The notes: a model not told the origin generated them from the letters alone. Shown: positions 37,475-50,720, numbered from the stretch's first letter. The stretch is 64,000 nucleotides of DNA from Leucoraja erinacea (GCF_028641065.1 NC_073408.1:10044001-10108000); one strand, 5' to 3'. Program-made: numbers and translations.

Positions 37475-37950
37475 TTATACAAAGATGTAGATGTACCCAG
37501 TCCATCACAGACCAGACTTCCCATCTACATGACACGCAGCCTCAAAAAATCAGCTGACATTAATCAAAGTCTTGTCCCACCCCGGTCCTTCTTTCTTCTC
37601 CCTGCTCCCATCCGGCAGAAAGTACACAAAGCTTGAAAGTACACATCATCATATTCGGGAATACTCTCTTCCTCCCTGTTATCAGGCTCCTGAACGGTCC
37701 TTCCACAAACTAGGGTACTGTCCAATGCACCTCTACCCCATTGTGGACTTTGGACTTTGTCTTTGCAGCTGATGCACTACAATGCTGAGAACTATATTCT
37801 GCACTCTGTATCTTCCCATTTGCTCCATCTTTTGTACTTAAGTTTGACTTGATTGTATCAATGTTTGGTATATTCTGATCTGTTTGGATTGCATGCAAAA
37901 GATAGCTTTTGGCTGGACCTTATATAATAATAAATCTAATCCTAAACCTT
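37475..37950 (+). mobile_element. Rex1/Babar LINE 3' end
   Basis: SHPGPSFFSLLPSGRKY resembles the Rex1 motif HP.H.LF.LLPSGRRY; a 3' UTR follows. Confidence 0.82.
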
Positions 37951-38182
37951 GTGTCTAAATGTAATGGAGTGATGGGCTGAGAGAACTCTGAGGAACTGGC
38001 CCAGGGTAACCAACTGCTGTCATAAGGTCATAAGTCTTCTTCTTATTGAGTCCACACACAAGATTAGAAGTTGTTCAGCCAGAGCTGACACACTTCTCAG
38101 CATCTGCACAATGGTGTCTGTTTTGTGCTTCTTGTGTGTGGTGGTGGAAACAGGGCATGAACGCTCTTTCCTTGACCCCATG

Positions 38183-38570
38183 TCATAAGTAATAGGAGCA
38201 GCTTTAGACCATTCAACTCATTCCACCATTCAATCATGGCTGATCTATCTCTCCCTTGCTAACCCCATTCTCCTACCTTCTCCTCATAACCCCTGACACC
38301 CGCACTAATCAAGAATATATCTATCTCTGACTTAAAAATATCTATTGACTTGGCCTCCGCAGTCTTCTGTGGCAAAGAATTCCACAGATTCACCACCCTC
38401 TGACTAAATAAATTTCTCCTCATCTCCTTCCTAAAAAAGTAACGTCCTTTAAAGCTGAGGCCAAGACCTTTAGTCCTAGACTCTCCCACTTCTCACTCAT
38501 ATACTCTCCACATCCACTATATCTAAGCCTTTCAGTATCCAAGTTTCAATTGGATCCCTCTCATTCTTGG
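38183..38570 (-). mobile_element. CR1 LINE 3' end
   Basis: ORF 38259-38489(-) gives FRKEMRRNLFSQRVVNLWNSLPQKTAEAKSIDIFKSEID. Confidence 0.9.
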
Positions 38571-39589
38571 CATTGGGTTGGTCATTGAGTCTAGGCATTG
38601 GGTTTGGTCAACCTTGTGGGAATTGCATGAGCACGCTGGAATCCAAAAAAACGTGATGTTTTCCTCATTAGCCTGAGAGCAGTGAAGCCCATCATAGTCC
38701 CAAATGTGAAGATGTAGTTAGCAGAGAAGTACAATTAGCTCGGATCATTATAGATTGACTTCAATAATACAAACTCCATTCCAACCTGTTAACTAATGAA
38801 CAAATTCTGGGCACTGAACGAAAAAGAACAATTGCATTTGTCTTTATTATGCACATTCAAAAAGCAGGGTAATATTAGCCTGGAGGATAGTTATCATTTA
38901 ACATAATATTACAGTGAAGTGTCAGGACAGATGTACTGCGGGCTGCAAATGTTCGTCAAGGTACAAGGCTGTTAATGAATGTCTCCACATTGCTGCACTG
39001 GGTAATGGAAAAAATAGCATTAGTGTGGCAGAGAGGTTGTAATGAGAGTGAGAATAGGAATATGCCGATATATCATGTCTTACATTGTTCATCTGCAGAG
39101 AGAAGACTATTGGGATTATTAAAATGTCACAGGTTGATCCCGGTTTAGAATTCCAGCTGTACATCTTCCTGTGCAGCTGCCTTCTGAGCCTCTCATATAC
39201 AAACTGCAGCCATGGAGTGAATGAAACCATCAGAATTAACAGTAGGAGGCTTGTCTTTGAGGCTTTTGGACAAGTTACATTATCTGTCTTACAGTGCTCT
39301 ATGTTGTTACTGGTTACTGGTACATTAAAAAAAAAATCCTTGTATCTAGCAGTCCAGCCAGTTTAGCATGGGTTGTATCTGATGTTAAATGAAAATTTAC
39401 TGGGTTGTAATCAATGGTCAGAACGTTTGTCTTCATTTCGTTCTTGCCCGACTCTGAAATGCTTCCTCATCCCCTCTTTCTTATTCAAGAAAATGAAATT
39501 GACACGAGCTAGGATTGCCAGGAACGGAAGCTCACTGGAATGAAAGGTTGTTTTCAAGAACGTGGTTACAAAAGAATTCCATGGAGAAA

Positions 39590-39845
39590 TATAGAGACAC
39601 AAGGGACTGCAGATGCTGGAGTCTTATGACAGAGTGCTGGAGTAATACTGCAGGTCAGGCAGCATTTTTTGTGGGGGGAACTAGATTGGCGGCATTTCAA
39701 GTCGGACCTTCTTCAGAGAGAGAGGTGATTTTTCAAGACACTGCTTCAGCCTCTGAAGAAAAGTCCCGACCCGAAACATCTCTCGTCTATTACCTCCAGT
39801 CATGTTAATTGACTTGCTGCGTTGCTCCAGCACTTTGTGTTTTGC
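39590..39845. mobile_element. Old Penelope pLTR foldback
   Basis: CTGCAGATGCTGG..GGACCTTCTTCAG (minus) followed by CTGAAGAAAAGTCCCGACCCGAAACATC (plus). Confidence 0.7.
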
Positions 39846-40462
39846 AGGGTGAAAATATAATTGGGGCACCGAATGGAACAAAGTTGAATTAAGTTAATAC
39901 CCTTTGATATTTTTGTTTATTATTGCATCTTATATGTTGGTTGCCTGATGATTGTTTTTTGAAGGAAATTGTTAGGAAATGCTATAAAATAATACCAGGG
40001 GCACCCGGTCTCAGATCTCCAAGGAAGTTAGTTACCGCAAGGCAAGAAAATAATCATACCGAGAACACTAGATTAAAAGATTAGATGGTGGATAAACCTT
40101 GGCAAATGTATAAAGAAATAATTCAGAATCTCCAATGAGTACACTTGAAGGAATACAAAACCCACAGGGCGAGTGTCTAAAAATGGTGAATGAGAGAAGC
40201 TCAGAATAAAAAGAAAGGTTTCATTGTTCAAAAGCGCCAGTGAATGAGGAGAAAGTCATCAAATCGCGATCAAAGAATTGTTAAAGAGCCCAAATTTAAT
40301 GTAGCAGAATACAGGGTACAAGCAAAGGGATTAAAACATTATTTAAAAAAAGCCCTGGAGATAGAAAATTAAAGATTGACAAAAATGAACATGGGTAGAT
40401 ATGAGAATGGACTACTAAAGAAATAGCAGAGCCATCAACCAAAACATTCTGGAATGTTGTTA

Positions 40463-40868
40463 CATAGAAACATAAAAAATAGGTGCAGGAGTAGGCCATT
40501 CGTCCCTTCGCGCCAGCACGGCCATTCAATATGATCATCCAAAATCAGTACCCCATTCCTGCTTTCTCCCCATATCCCTTGTTTCCATTAGCCCTAAGAG
40601 ATATATCTAACTCCCTCTTGAAAACATCCAGTGAATAGGCCTCCACTGCCTTCTGTGGCAGATAATTCCACAGATCCACAACTCCCAGGGTGAAAAGGTT
40701 TTTACTCATCTCAGTCCTAATTGGCCTACCCATTATTCTTACACTGTGAGCCCTGGTTCTGGACCCCCAACATCGGGAACATTTTTCTTTCATCTAGCCT
40801 GTCCAATCGCTTAAGAATTTTATATGTTTCTTTAAGATTCCCTCTCATCCTTCTAAATTCCAGTGAAT
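40463..40868 (-). mobile_element. CR1 LINE 3' about 0.4 kb
   Basis: ORF 40545-40793(-) gives SRTRAHSVRIMGRPIRTEMSKNLFTLGVVDLWNYLPQKAVEAYSLDVFKRELD. Confidence 0.9.
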
Positions 40869-41217
40869 GTTACAAACAAGCAGGGAGAAATATAAATGAG
40901 GCATTAAATGAAACGGAGTCCACTAACATTAATATCATTATGCCTAGAAGTTCACTTCTGATCCATTGCACTGAGTCTGATAAATATCAGAGGCTGTGTT
41001 TTTCTTGCTTCTGAAATTTAGATTCATTGAAGCTATCAGTTTCTAAGCATTTCTATCTGTGTCATGACAGACCAAAATAAATTCCAGAAATAGTCGAGTG
41101 TTAATGAAAAACTGAAAGAGCATGTGTTAGAAAAAAAATAGAATTGTTGAAATTAATGTGAATAAAAATAACACAACTAATCCACTGAATCTGATGGCCT
41201 ACATACAATGTTCATGG

Positions 41218-41520
41218 TTTGTTTGTTGTCACGTGTACCTGCTATACACTTGTGAAATACATAGTGAAATAAATCTTTTGCAAACAGTCTATCCCCGTAC
41301 ATAAACACAATCACCCCAGTCAGTACAGAATGTACAGAACACCCCACTGAGTCCATATGCAAGGGGTGCCATTATGGCATCATTTTACAGTCCCACAAAG
41401 GCCCGTTGCAGCTGTCCCCTCCATTTTGGTGATCTGACGTCCCTCTCCTCGCCCGGCCCTCTTCACCCCTCGTTCCCCGCGGGACCCCCCGCCCTCAGCC
41501 GTCCTTGAGGCGCAGGATGT
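41218..41520 (-). mobile_element. Non-autonomous element with Rex-type tail and GC-rich 5' part
   Basis: TTTGTTGTCACGTGTACC..GTGAAAT tail motif, no ORF, CpG-rich end. Confidence 0.45.
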
Positions 41521-42000
41521 AAGACCGCCGGTTCTTTCATCTTCAGATGAAACATAGTGTTTGTGTTAGATCTGATCTTCCTGCATTCACCAGATTTTAG
41601 AATGATACTTGGAAGGCAAAAACATATATAGAGCCCAGCTAGTTTTAGAAAGGAAGAAGTGAGATCCTGCGTCAGTAGCAGGGGAATGTTTAGAATCTAT
41701 CATTAGGGATGTATTGACAAGGCAGGTAAATTGTAAAATGATCAGATGGAATCAACATGAATATCTAAAAGCTGATTGAGATTGTAACCAGTGTGGTAGA
41801 TGTGAGGAAAGCAACAGGGGCGGTGCATTTGGTCATAAAAAGGCATTTAATGAAACACCACGCAAGGTTATTAAACAGGATTATATTTAATTCCATTGTG
41901 GCAATGACACAGATTGAGGACATGTTAATGGATACAAAACAGACAGTGGGGATATCCATGTCAAATACAGGTTGGTTGACTGTAATGAGCTGTATTTAGT

Positions 42001-42145
42001 GGTAGATGCAAAATGCTGGAGTAACTCAGCGGGACAGGCAGCATCTCTGGAGAGAAGGAATGGGTGACGTTTCGGGTCGAGACCCTTCCTCAGACTGAGA
42101 GTCAGGAGAGCGGGAGACTAGAGATATGGAAAGATAAGGTGTATT
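42001..42145 (-). mobile_element. Penelope pLTR with intact hammerhead core (42066-42093)
   Basis: Minus strand reads CTGAGGA-A-GGGTC-TC-GACCC-GAAA-CGTC. Confidence 0.82.
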
Positions 42146-42894
42146 TAATGGTAACTGGACAGGGAAACAACAAGGCATAGGGAACATTCCTTGATAGCGT
42201 GTGTAAGAGAGCAGGGTGATTATGCAGGAACTCTGCACAGCACTAGATTGGCCACCGTCTGAGTATGGTACAGGGTTCTATGTGCTTTTATGGATAGATA
42301 TGCTTGTACTGCAGAGATTTTGGAAGATTTTGCTAGAACTGAGAAACTGGAGCAATGAGGAAAGATAAGCTAATATTTCTTTCTTTGCACAGAGGATTAA
42401 CAATTTTATAGAGTCACACAGAATGGAAACAGCCTCTTGCGACCACCGTGCCTGTGCCAACCACTAATCCAATTTTTTTCTCCCCACATCCCCCCCCACT
42501 CTCCCGTCCCAAGATTCTACCACTCAGCCACACAAGGGTGATTTATGTGGGCTAATTCACCTGCAGACTCGCAAGTCTTTGGGATATTGGGAGGTAAAAT
42601 GGAGTACCCTGAAGGAACCCATGCAGTCACAGGGAGAATGTTCCAACTCCACACACCCTTGGTCAGGGTTGAACTTGGGTCACTGAAGCTGTATCATAGC
42701 AAGTAGGAAATGGACTGTGAAACGTTGATTCTCAGAGAATTTGCAGCATTTAAGAAAGGAAGCGATATATTTGCCTTTATTACACAAGGATGGGATGAGG
42801 ACAGTGAAGAAAGCTCAGTGATGTTATTTAAAAATCTTGATTTGAAGTTTTGTGTTTTGGACTCCTTCCTGAAGAAGAAAATACTTATTTGGAG

Positions 42895-43078
42895 AGACAT
42901 GTCGGGGGGGGGGGGGGGGGGGGGGGTGACGTCTGTATGGTCGTGAGTAGTCATCCAAAGAGTCGTACCTTTTTCTGGTCGCCGCTGGATTTTCAACACG
43001 TTGATAATTTTTGCAGACCTGCTGAGACTATGACGGGTGTCGGCAAGTCGCCGAAGAAATCGCGTATGTGCCTTAAAG
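42895..43078. mobile_element. CpG-rich MITE fragment (possibly PIF/Harbinger-type)
   Basis: Repeated GTCG motifs, G23 and an abrupt CpG-rich insert in AT-rich CR1 debris; no complete TIR pair seen. Confidence 0.4.
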
Positions 43079-43873
43079 CATTCACTCGGCCAATTTCTAG
43101 GATGAGAAGATTGTCCATTGAGGAGAATGTAAATAGACTAGGCCCATATTCCTACAGGTTTTGAAGAAAGAAGAGATATCATGAAGCCGTTAAGGTACTT
43201 GTTAGTGCTAGATGGATGATTCTACTGGTTCAGCCTAGTTACTGAGGAAGGTCTTGTCACAGGTTTGGAATAAAGGATAAGGCATTTAGGATTTCATTAA
43301 AAGTATTCAAGAGAGAGAATAGATTTTTGGGCAGGCAGGAAACTGAAAGGACATCATAGAAAAGATGGAGATCAGAGATATGAGTGGGGCAGGCATGGTT
43401 TTATATGGGAGTGCAGGAGGCTTGAAAGGCTGAGGAGAAGGCTTGTGATCATATTCTCGTCAAGAAACAAGAAAACAAAATGAGGGAGCCATTGACTGAT
43501 GGAAATGTGAGCAGCTGAAGTAATTTATCATGGTATGTAAACAAAGTGTGTTCCTGTCAGCACTGGAGAGAATAATCATTTGAAATGGATTGAAGATTGA
43601 CTTTTCAAATTGATTTCTTCCACTACTCTACCAACACCTAATGGAGTGATGTTGCTCTCTGACCCTCATTAATGCCTCTACATAACATGCTGTATGGAAC
43701 TGTGGTTGAATCTTTTACAGTTTTGATCTTCTCACTTCTCCCATCCCTCTCCACTAAAGCAATAATAAAGGATGACCATGTTCAATGTATGGGGGAAGGT
43801 GAGTTGCCCCATTGCACCTGACCTGATGAAAATCCATCCATTTTATCTTTCTTATGTGTCTGTTCTCCTCCAC

Positions 43874-44160
43874 CAGGGGCGGTAAACCCGGGGGGGGGGG
43901 CCAGAGGGGACACGTCCCCCCCATGTTTTGAGAGGTGGGCGACATCCCCGCCAGGTTAACCTGCCTGGGCTTGCGGGAAATATGGCCAGCGCGGAGAAGC
44001 AGCGCTGGTGTCCCATCAGTCCAGACAGGGCTGTTAGTAAACCTGGTGAGACAGGCAGAGTTGAGCTGCATTTAGCGCTGGATTGAGCCTCCGAAGCCTC
44101 GTGCGCCAAAAAATTGTGTCCCTCATCCCCTCCATGTTTTGATAGTGAGTTCCGTTCTTG
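43874..44160. mobile_element. Non-autonomous hAT DNA transposon (MITE)
   Basis: Perfect 8-bp TSD TCCTCCAC (43866-43873 / 44161-44168); left end CAGGGGCGG, degenerate right end TTCCGTTCTTG; internal repeat CCATGTTTTGA. Confidence 0.82.
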
Positions 44161-44334
44161 TCCTCCACGGTTCTCTTTGTTCCACCCCTCTTCAGATATG
44201 TTTCAGGGTAGAATCCCTCTTTCAAAATCTCACCCTGAACATCTGTCCAAGGTCAGACGGGCATGATTATCATTCACCCTTTGGTTAGTTATAGGCTGCA
44301 GACTGTGCCAGTCGTGATATTAGAGATATAGAAG

Positions 44335-44908
44335 CTGCAGTTCTACACAGTCTTTCACAACTTCAGGGCACTCTGGTGTGCTTTAAGGCCATTGAATTAT
44401 TTCTGAACAGTGAGATGCTAGCAACAGATGGATGTTAAGACCAGTTCATTGCTGAGTGATACAAAGTTCTGGAGTCATTCAGCAGGCCAGGCAGCATCCA
44501 GGAAGAATATGGATAAGTGACGTTCCGGGTCAGGACTGAAGACGGTTCCTGACCCAAAATGTTACCTGTCCATATTCCTCCCGGATGCTGCCTGACCTGC
44601 TGAGTTACTCCAGCCTTGTGTATCTCTTTCTGTAAACAAGCATCTGCGGTTTCTTGTTTCTACATTGCTAAGTGATGTTAGATGTTGAATAAATATCTGA
44701 CTGATCACTGGGCTAACTCTAATAGTTTTCTTTGGCATTGGGTTGTTCGGATTGTTTATGTTTAGGGAGTAAATATGGGCTTGATTTAATGATTCATTCA
44801 TAAATATGGCCCCTCCAACGATGTGGCACTCCTGCAGTCCTACGTGGTATTGGAAACTTACATTGAGACTCTTGGATGATATTTGAACCGACAAACTTTT
44901 GGCTTAGT
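44335..44908 (-). mobile_element. Ancient DeuSINE (SacSINE1/AmnSINE1-like), split by a Penelope foldback at about 44460-44662
   Basis: GTTGAATAAATATCTGAC, GGCCCCTCCAACGATGTGGCACTCC and TTTGAACCGACAAACTTTTGGCTTAG resemble the antisense Deu-domain and tRNA head (recalled consensus). Confidence 0.55.
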
Positions 44909-45459
44909 ATTGGAGGATTCTTCATGCTGACGTACAACCACCTTCAACAAAATACTTTTGCACCATCCTATTTAATTGTTGAAATGATATTTAGCAAAGC
45001 TTTCGTCATTAATATTGCAGGACATATTTTGAACAAAATCTCGAATGCTATATCAAATTGCTGGGCTATGGCATAATCCCACTCAATAATGAAAACTCCA
45101 ACCTCTTTACATGCGAGTGTAAGGACCCAGCTTTACTTTTTGGAGAGGGATTTTAGTCAGAAATCTCCAAGTTGTTCCTGCATTATATGAGATATATATT
45201 TTTAAATGTTCAAAGGAATATATCCAATAAAAAAAATCTCAGGGAATCTGTCGAATGCTTGAAGCCTGAATAATGTATATTTTAAAGAAATATGAAAATA
45301 ACATTTGGGAAAAATGTATTAACATCTCTTGTTCCCTAACATACATACTCTCACTCTTCTTCCATCTCATGCTAAAGCCTCATCGTGGTCTTGCACACCA
45401 AATGTTGTGTTTGCCTACGCTGGGGGTATAGTGGCAGGTGGGAGCTGTTTGGATCTAGT

Positions 45460-45770
45460 GGCGGAACAGTGGCTCAACTAGTAGAGCTGCTTCCTCTCAG
45501 TGCCAGAGACTGGGTTCGATCCTGACCTCAGGTGCTGTCTGTGTGGAGTTTGCCTGTTTTCCCAGTGACCCCGTGGGTTTCCTCCAGGCGTGCCGGTTTC
45601 CTCCCACATCACCATAGATGTGCGGGTTTGTAGGTTAATCAGCCTCTGTAACTTGACCCTAGTGTGTAGGTTGTGGATGCGAAAAGTGGATAACCTAGGG
45701 GTGATAAATGGTCGGCATGGGCTTGGTGGGCCAAATGGCCTGTTCCATGCTCTCGAAACCAAACTAAGCT
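45460..45770 (+). mobile_element. V-SINE
   Basis: GTGGCTCAACTAGTAGAGCTGC..GGGTTCGATCCTGACC, V-domain and tail. Confidence 0.87.
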
Positions 45771-47279
45771 TACCATCTCCAAATTAAACCATCAAAATCT
45801 ACACATGATCAATTGCCAGGATGGACAATTGCACTTTGAGTAGATGTGGCTGGATTTATTTGCCTGCTCCCCACTCTTTTAAGCTTCTGAAAGAAAATAA
45901 CAGTCTTTATTTCAAATAAACTCACCAGTATCTTTTTCATTTCAAAAATGAATCGAATAATCTCAAAATGTGTGTGGATAGATTGAAATTCCTTTACTTG
46001 TCACTTCCGCTGATTCAAACTCTCCCAGTTATCACCTCTAGCACTCTCCTGGGTAATCAGTATCATATCATACTATGTTTACATATTCAGTTGTGCTGCA
46101 GCTGGGAAGAAATGCATTGTTCTATCTGGGATATATGACAATAAAACACTAAAACACTCTTGACTTGACTTCACTCACCCACTCCCTCCCCATCCCACCC
46201 TATCTCTCCTTCCCTCTCCATCTATCTTTCCCCACCTCCAATTCCTCACCCACTCCCTCCATTCTCCACCTTGCTCTCCCTCACATTTTAGACATAGATG
46301 TGGAAAATTGTATTTCCTGAGAGGGTGGGACTGATTGTAATCCAAGGGAGCCAAGGGATATGGGGAGAGAGGGGGAAAGGTGTGATGAGACCAACATTGG
46401 AACAGCCACAGTTATAGTTCACAGCGAAGAGAAGGCTTGAAGAGCCTGCTGGCCTTCCGCCACATCAGCTCTTATGAGCGTCCTGAAATGCAGGCCGTGA
46501 TTTCAACGGAATGACTTTTGTTTCACAATCCACTGATGTGAATATATGGGACATTTAATGCTACCGAGAGAAGGTGACCAGGAAAACATCCCCACACTGT
46601 TTCTGAGTCTGGTGTAAAACTTCAGAATGAATTACCTGCAATTAGTCTTCAGGTTGTAATGTGAAGTACAACACGTTTGGGGCAATCAATTGAGCTCGTT
46701 CAGGCGAGGAACCAATTTCTTTCACTGGATTGCTCTGTCTAAAAGGATCTGGAAAATCACAGATATTGGCATCTCACGGCAGCCACGTGCTTATTTCATC
46801 TCTTGTTTGTGTGGGCTGATATTAAGTCATACTTGTCCACATCTATGCACTGGTGCATGAGAGTTCAGTGGCAGCACAGACTATTTCACCTGTAGCAAAG
46901 TTCATTTGTCAATTGCCATTCATTCTCGTTACAGAGAACTCCGTATTATTATTTTATCAAGCCTTTGATGAGGGCTAGCGAGCCAGGGTTCAATTTCAGG
47001 TGATGTTGATCTCTATACTTGCAGGAATGCAATTCTCTTTTCCTGACGTGTTACATTGTGATTCCCCCCCACCTGCCCCAAGTGCCGTTAGTTCGGAGCT
47101 AGGCTTTAGCCAGCAGGCACACAAATCATGAATTCAATCTGATCCTTGTTGCTCTTAGACTAGGGCAGAGTCTTCATATGATGCACTGGTTACATTCATT
47201 ATCACACAGATGTCGAGAAATACAATTGCATTACATTTTTTTCCCCAGTCTAACTAAGCAGGATGAATGCGAAGATATC

Positions 47280-47513
47280 GAAACAAAGAACTGCAGATGC
47301 TGGTTTATACCAAAGGTAGACACAAAATGGTGGCGTAACAGCGGATCAGGCAGCATCTGTGGAGAAAAAGGATAGGTGACGTTTTGGGTTGGATCCTTTC
47401 TTCAGATTGGGAAGCATCTGAAGAGGGGTCCCAACCCAATTCATCACAGATGCTTTGTCTCCAGAGATGCTACCTGATCCATTGAGTTACTCCTCCATTT
47501 TGAATCTACCTTT
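47280..47513. mobile_element. Penelope pLTR foldback
   Basis: Two opposed hammerhead-like boxes (TTTCTTCAG and CTGAAGAGGGGTCC) with inverted family bodies. Confidence 0.78.
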
Positions 47514-47700
47514 GAATTTGTAGATATCCTTTATACATGCATTAAGCATATAAAATTATGACTTTACCACAGATTGTATGGACAGAATATTGATGTTGAG
47601 AAGCCGACATCTTTTCTCTTGCCTATCATAATAGCCAGAAGCTATATTTGAAACAAAGCGACATTGAATTGTGTGATTACACTCATATTAACAACTTTCC

Positions 47701-47774
47701 AGATTCAGATTCAGATTCAGATTCAATTTTAATTGTCATTGTCAGTGTACAGTACAGAGACAACGAAATGCATT
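47701..47774 (-). mobile_element. Rex1/Babar-type short 3' tail with (TCTGAA)n
   Basis: Identical to the 10156-10222 core. Confidence 0.7.
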
Positions 47775-47904
47775 GTTGGCACGAAACGCAAATGCAACTA
47801 TCCAGATCCGATGTATGTATGAAGTAACTGTATACCGCAGGAACAATCCAATACCAGAGGAATCATTCAGATAAAAATGATGGTGAAACAGTGTGATTCA
47901 TAGA

Positions 47905-48180
47905 AAAAGATACAGAGTGCTGGAGTAACTCAACAGGTCAGGCAGCATATCTGGAGAACATAAATAAGTGACGTTTCAGGTCAGGACTCCTTTTCTACAC
48001 ATTGATTGCGAGGGGGGTGGGTGGGTGGTGGGGGTGAGAAAGTTGGAAGAGAGCAGGGGCTGGATAAAGTCCAGGGAGTGATAGGTGGTTACAGGCGAGG
48101 GGGATTTTGATTGACAGATGTTTGGAGAAAGGGCAGAGATGAAAAGACACAAGGTGTGAGATGAAAAGATTTGAAAAATC
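47905..48180 (-). mobile_element. Penelope pLTR, longer old copy
   Basis: GTGCTGGAGTAACTCAACAGGTCAGGCAGC..GTGACGTTTCAGGTC, then a purine-rich antisense 3' UTR. Confidence 0.72.
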
Positions 48181-48534
48181 CTCATTAATAGGCTTACTGT
48201 TGATTAACAGTGACCCCTACTTCTAGGGGGGAGGGGAGACGAGATCTCACTGCGGTTCACTGCTGACTTAATAATAAAATCATGATGCAATGATATGTGA
48301 CAACAACATAATTTCAGTTGATTCCGGTCGATTTCCCCTCAGCCCAATTAAATCATTTAGGCATCAGCTGTACTAATGCACAAATAGCCCACAGTCTGCA
48401 TCAGCAGTGTCACAATGAGGTATCTAACACTCTTTATAACTGAACATAGCAACACAATCAACCAAAGCCTTTGGAGGCTGGAGCAGATTTAGCCTTGTGT
48501 ATGTTATATTAATAATTATGAATTGATTAAAAGA

Positions 48535-48810
48535 CACAATGTGGAAACAGGGCCTTCATCCCATCAATCACCTGTTCACACTAGTTGTGTGTTATCCCAC
48601 TTTTGCACCCACTCCCTATCCACTAGAGCCAATTTACAATGGCCAATTAATCTGCAAACCCCCTACGTCTGTGGGATGTAGGAGGAAGCCGAAGCACCTG
48701 GAGGAAACCCGCGCAGGGAGAAGGTGCAAACTCCACACTGACAGCAGCTGAAGTCAGATCAAACTCATATTTGTGGCACTTTGAGGCAATGTCTCTGCCC
48801 GCTCTGTTAC
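48535..48810 (-). mobile_element. V-SINE, old
   Basis: GGAAGCCGAAGCACCTGGAGGAAACCC..GTGCAAACTCCACAC. Confidence 0.75.
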
Positions 48811-49314
48811 CCTTTGTCTTATAAGCGGTTCCATGCGGAGTATTAATAGGCAGTTCCACTTTGTTAAATTGCCCCTTCTCGGTTTGTGTGGAATTGATAT
48901 TTGACAGTCCACACATCTGTCTGAGCAGCTTCACTGCTGACACACAGACTTGCTATGTTGGATGACACATCATTTCTAGCAGAGTGTTGTTGTGTTTATC
49001 TGCTGACCTAGATGGCACCAACATTCTCTGCACAATTTGTCACATAGACTATAATTTTCCTTGCTTGTCAAACGTGGGCCCAGACATGGAGTATTGGGAT
49101 TCAGTCCAACAATTAGATTCCTTTGTCTTAAAATCACCCCAGCACGGTACGCAGTGTTTGCCATTGGACAACCATAATGTTCTTTCTCCAACGTTAAGAT
49201 ACTGCAAATCCACTCTAAGCCACAATGACTTTAACACAGTAGAATGGTCCTTCAAAGTTTCACACAGCATCAGCGAGTAAGAATGATGTTAACCATACAT
49301 AGACCGTCTATGAA

Positions 49315-49678
49315 GTGATTTTAAAGCATGGACAGAGAGGGAGGTTTAAGCTGATTGCAAGCTGGTAATGAGAAGATGTGGAAGGGGAACTCCAGTTTAG
49401 GGTTCAGCTTTAAGGAAAACTTTAAAGTAGATGTGCGGAACAATTTTTTTACACAGATACTGGTGGCCGCCTGGAATGTGTTTTCTGGGGCAGTTGGGGA
49501 AGTAGTTACAATAATGGCCTTCAAGAGGCTTTTGGACAGACACATGGGTAGGGAATGCAAGGATATGAATCCCATGCAGGCAGAGCAAATTAGTTTGACT
49601 TGCCATTACGTTTGACGTGGACATTATGTGATAATAGGTCGACAGTTTATCTGTGCTGTACTGTGCTATGTTCTGTTC
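49315..49678 (+). mobile_element. Old CR1 LINE 3' end
   Basis: FKVDVRNNFFTQILVAAWNVFSGAVGEVVTIMAFKRLLDRHM. Confidence 0.85.
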
Positions 49679-50125
49679 AGTTTAGCTTATTGTCACTGGT
49701 GCCGAGGTACAGTGAAAAGCTTTTGTTGCATGCTAACTAGTCAGCAGAAAGACAATACATGATTACAATCAAGCTATTTACAGTGTATAGATACATAATA
49801 AGGGAATAACATTTAGTGCAAGTTAAAGCCAGCCAAGTGCAACCAAAGCAAGTCCGAGCGTCACCAATGAGGTGGATAGTAGAAACATAGAAACATAGAA
49901 ATTAGGTGTAGGAGTAGGCCATTCGGCCCTTCGAGCCTGCACCGCCATTCAATATGATCATGGCTGATCATCCAACTCAGTATCCCGTACCTGCCTTCTC
50001 TCCATACCCCCTGATTCCCTTAGCCACAAGGGCCACATCTAACTCCCTCTTAAATATAGCCAATGAACTGGCCTCAACTACCCTCTGTGGCAGAGAGTTC
50101 CAGAGATTCACCACTCTCTGTGTGG

Positions 50126-50157
<32 letters not shown>

Positions 50158-50190
50158 CAGGACTGCTCTTTAGTTGTGGTAGCATGATTC
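49678..50190 (-). mobile_element. Rex1/Babar 3' UTR interrupted by a young CR1 3' end (49881-50125)
   Basis: Antisense of the 17995-18285 family; the CR1 insert is near-identical to 26943-27341 and ends in A29 (50126-50154). Confidence 0.85.
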
Positions 50191-50720
50191 TGAATTGAAT
50201 TGAATTGAATCCTTTATTTGGCATTCAGACCTTTCGGTCTGAACGAAATGTCGTTGCCTGCAGCCATACATGTAATAATAAACAACACACAATAAACACA
50301 AATTAACATCCACCACAGTGAGTTCACCAAGCACCTCCTCACTGCGATGGAGGCAAAAGTCTTAGGGTTGCTGTCTCTTCCCTTCTCTTCTCCCTCTGCG
50401 CTGAGGCGATACCCCACCGGGCGATGATAAGTCAGTCCCGCGTTTCAAGCTCCGCGGCCCGGGGGTGGTCGAAGCTGCCGCCCTCCAGTCCAGCGGATGC
50501 AGTTGTTGCCACGGGAGCTCCGGAAAACAGGCATCAACCTGTGACCCGCGAGTTCCTGACGATGTCATCCACTGGCCCGCGGCCGAGCCCCGGATTCAGG
50601 TCGCCGCCGGCCAGAACGCCGCCTCAGCCACCGGTGCACCGTCTCCGCCCCGCCCCCACGGGAGCGTCTCAGCCCCGCACCGGGCCGCCCTCACGGGAGC
50701 GCCTTCCAGCCGGGAGCCTG
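50191..50720 (-). mobile_element. GC/CpG-rich non-autonomous retroelement with (ATTCA)n tail
   Basis: (TGAAT)4, stem-loop TTCAGACC-TTTC-GGTCTGAA, then CGAAATG; the body has three CACGGGAGC repeats and is related to 54413-54627. Confidence 0.65.

Larger units (their letters stand above)
41560..43450 (+). mobile_element. Highly decayed CR1 ORF2 remnants interrupted by younger insertions
   Basis: Patches resembling YRPVSL.SV.GK.LE.II, LEYCVQFW and LFKNL; continuous in character with 40080-40460. Confidence 0.5.

Noticed and set aside
50390-50720. CpG island or gene promoter
   Set aside because: It lies within an element carrying a retro-tail related to 54413-54627, so a mobile origin explains it better.
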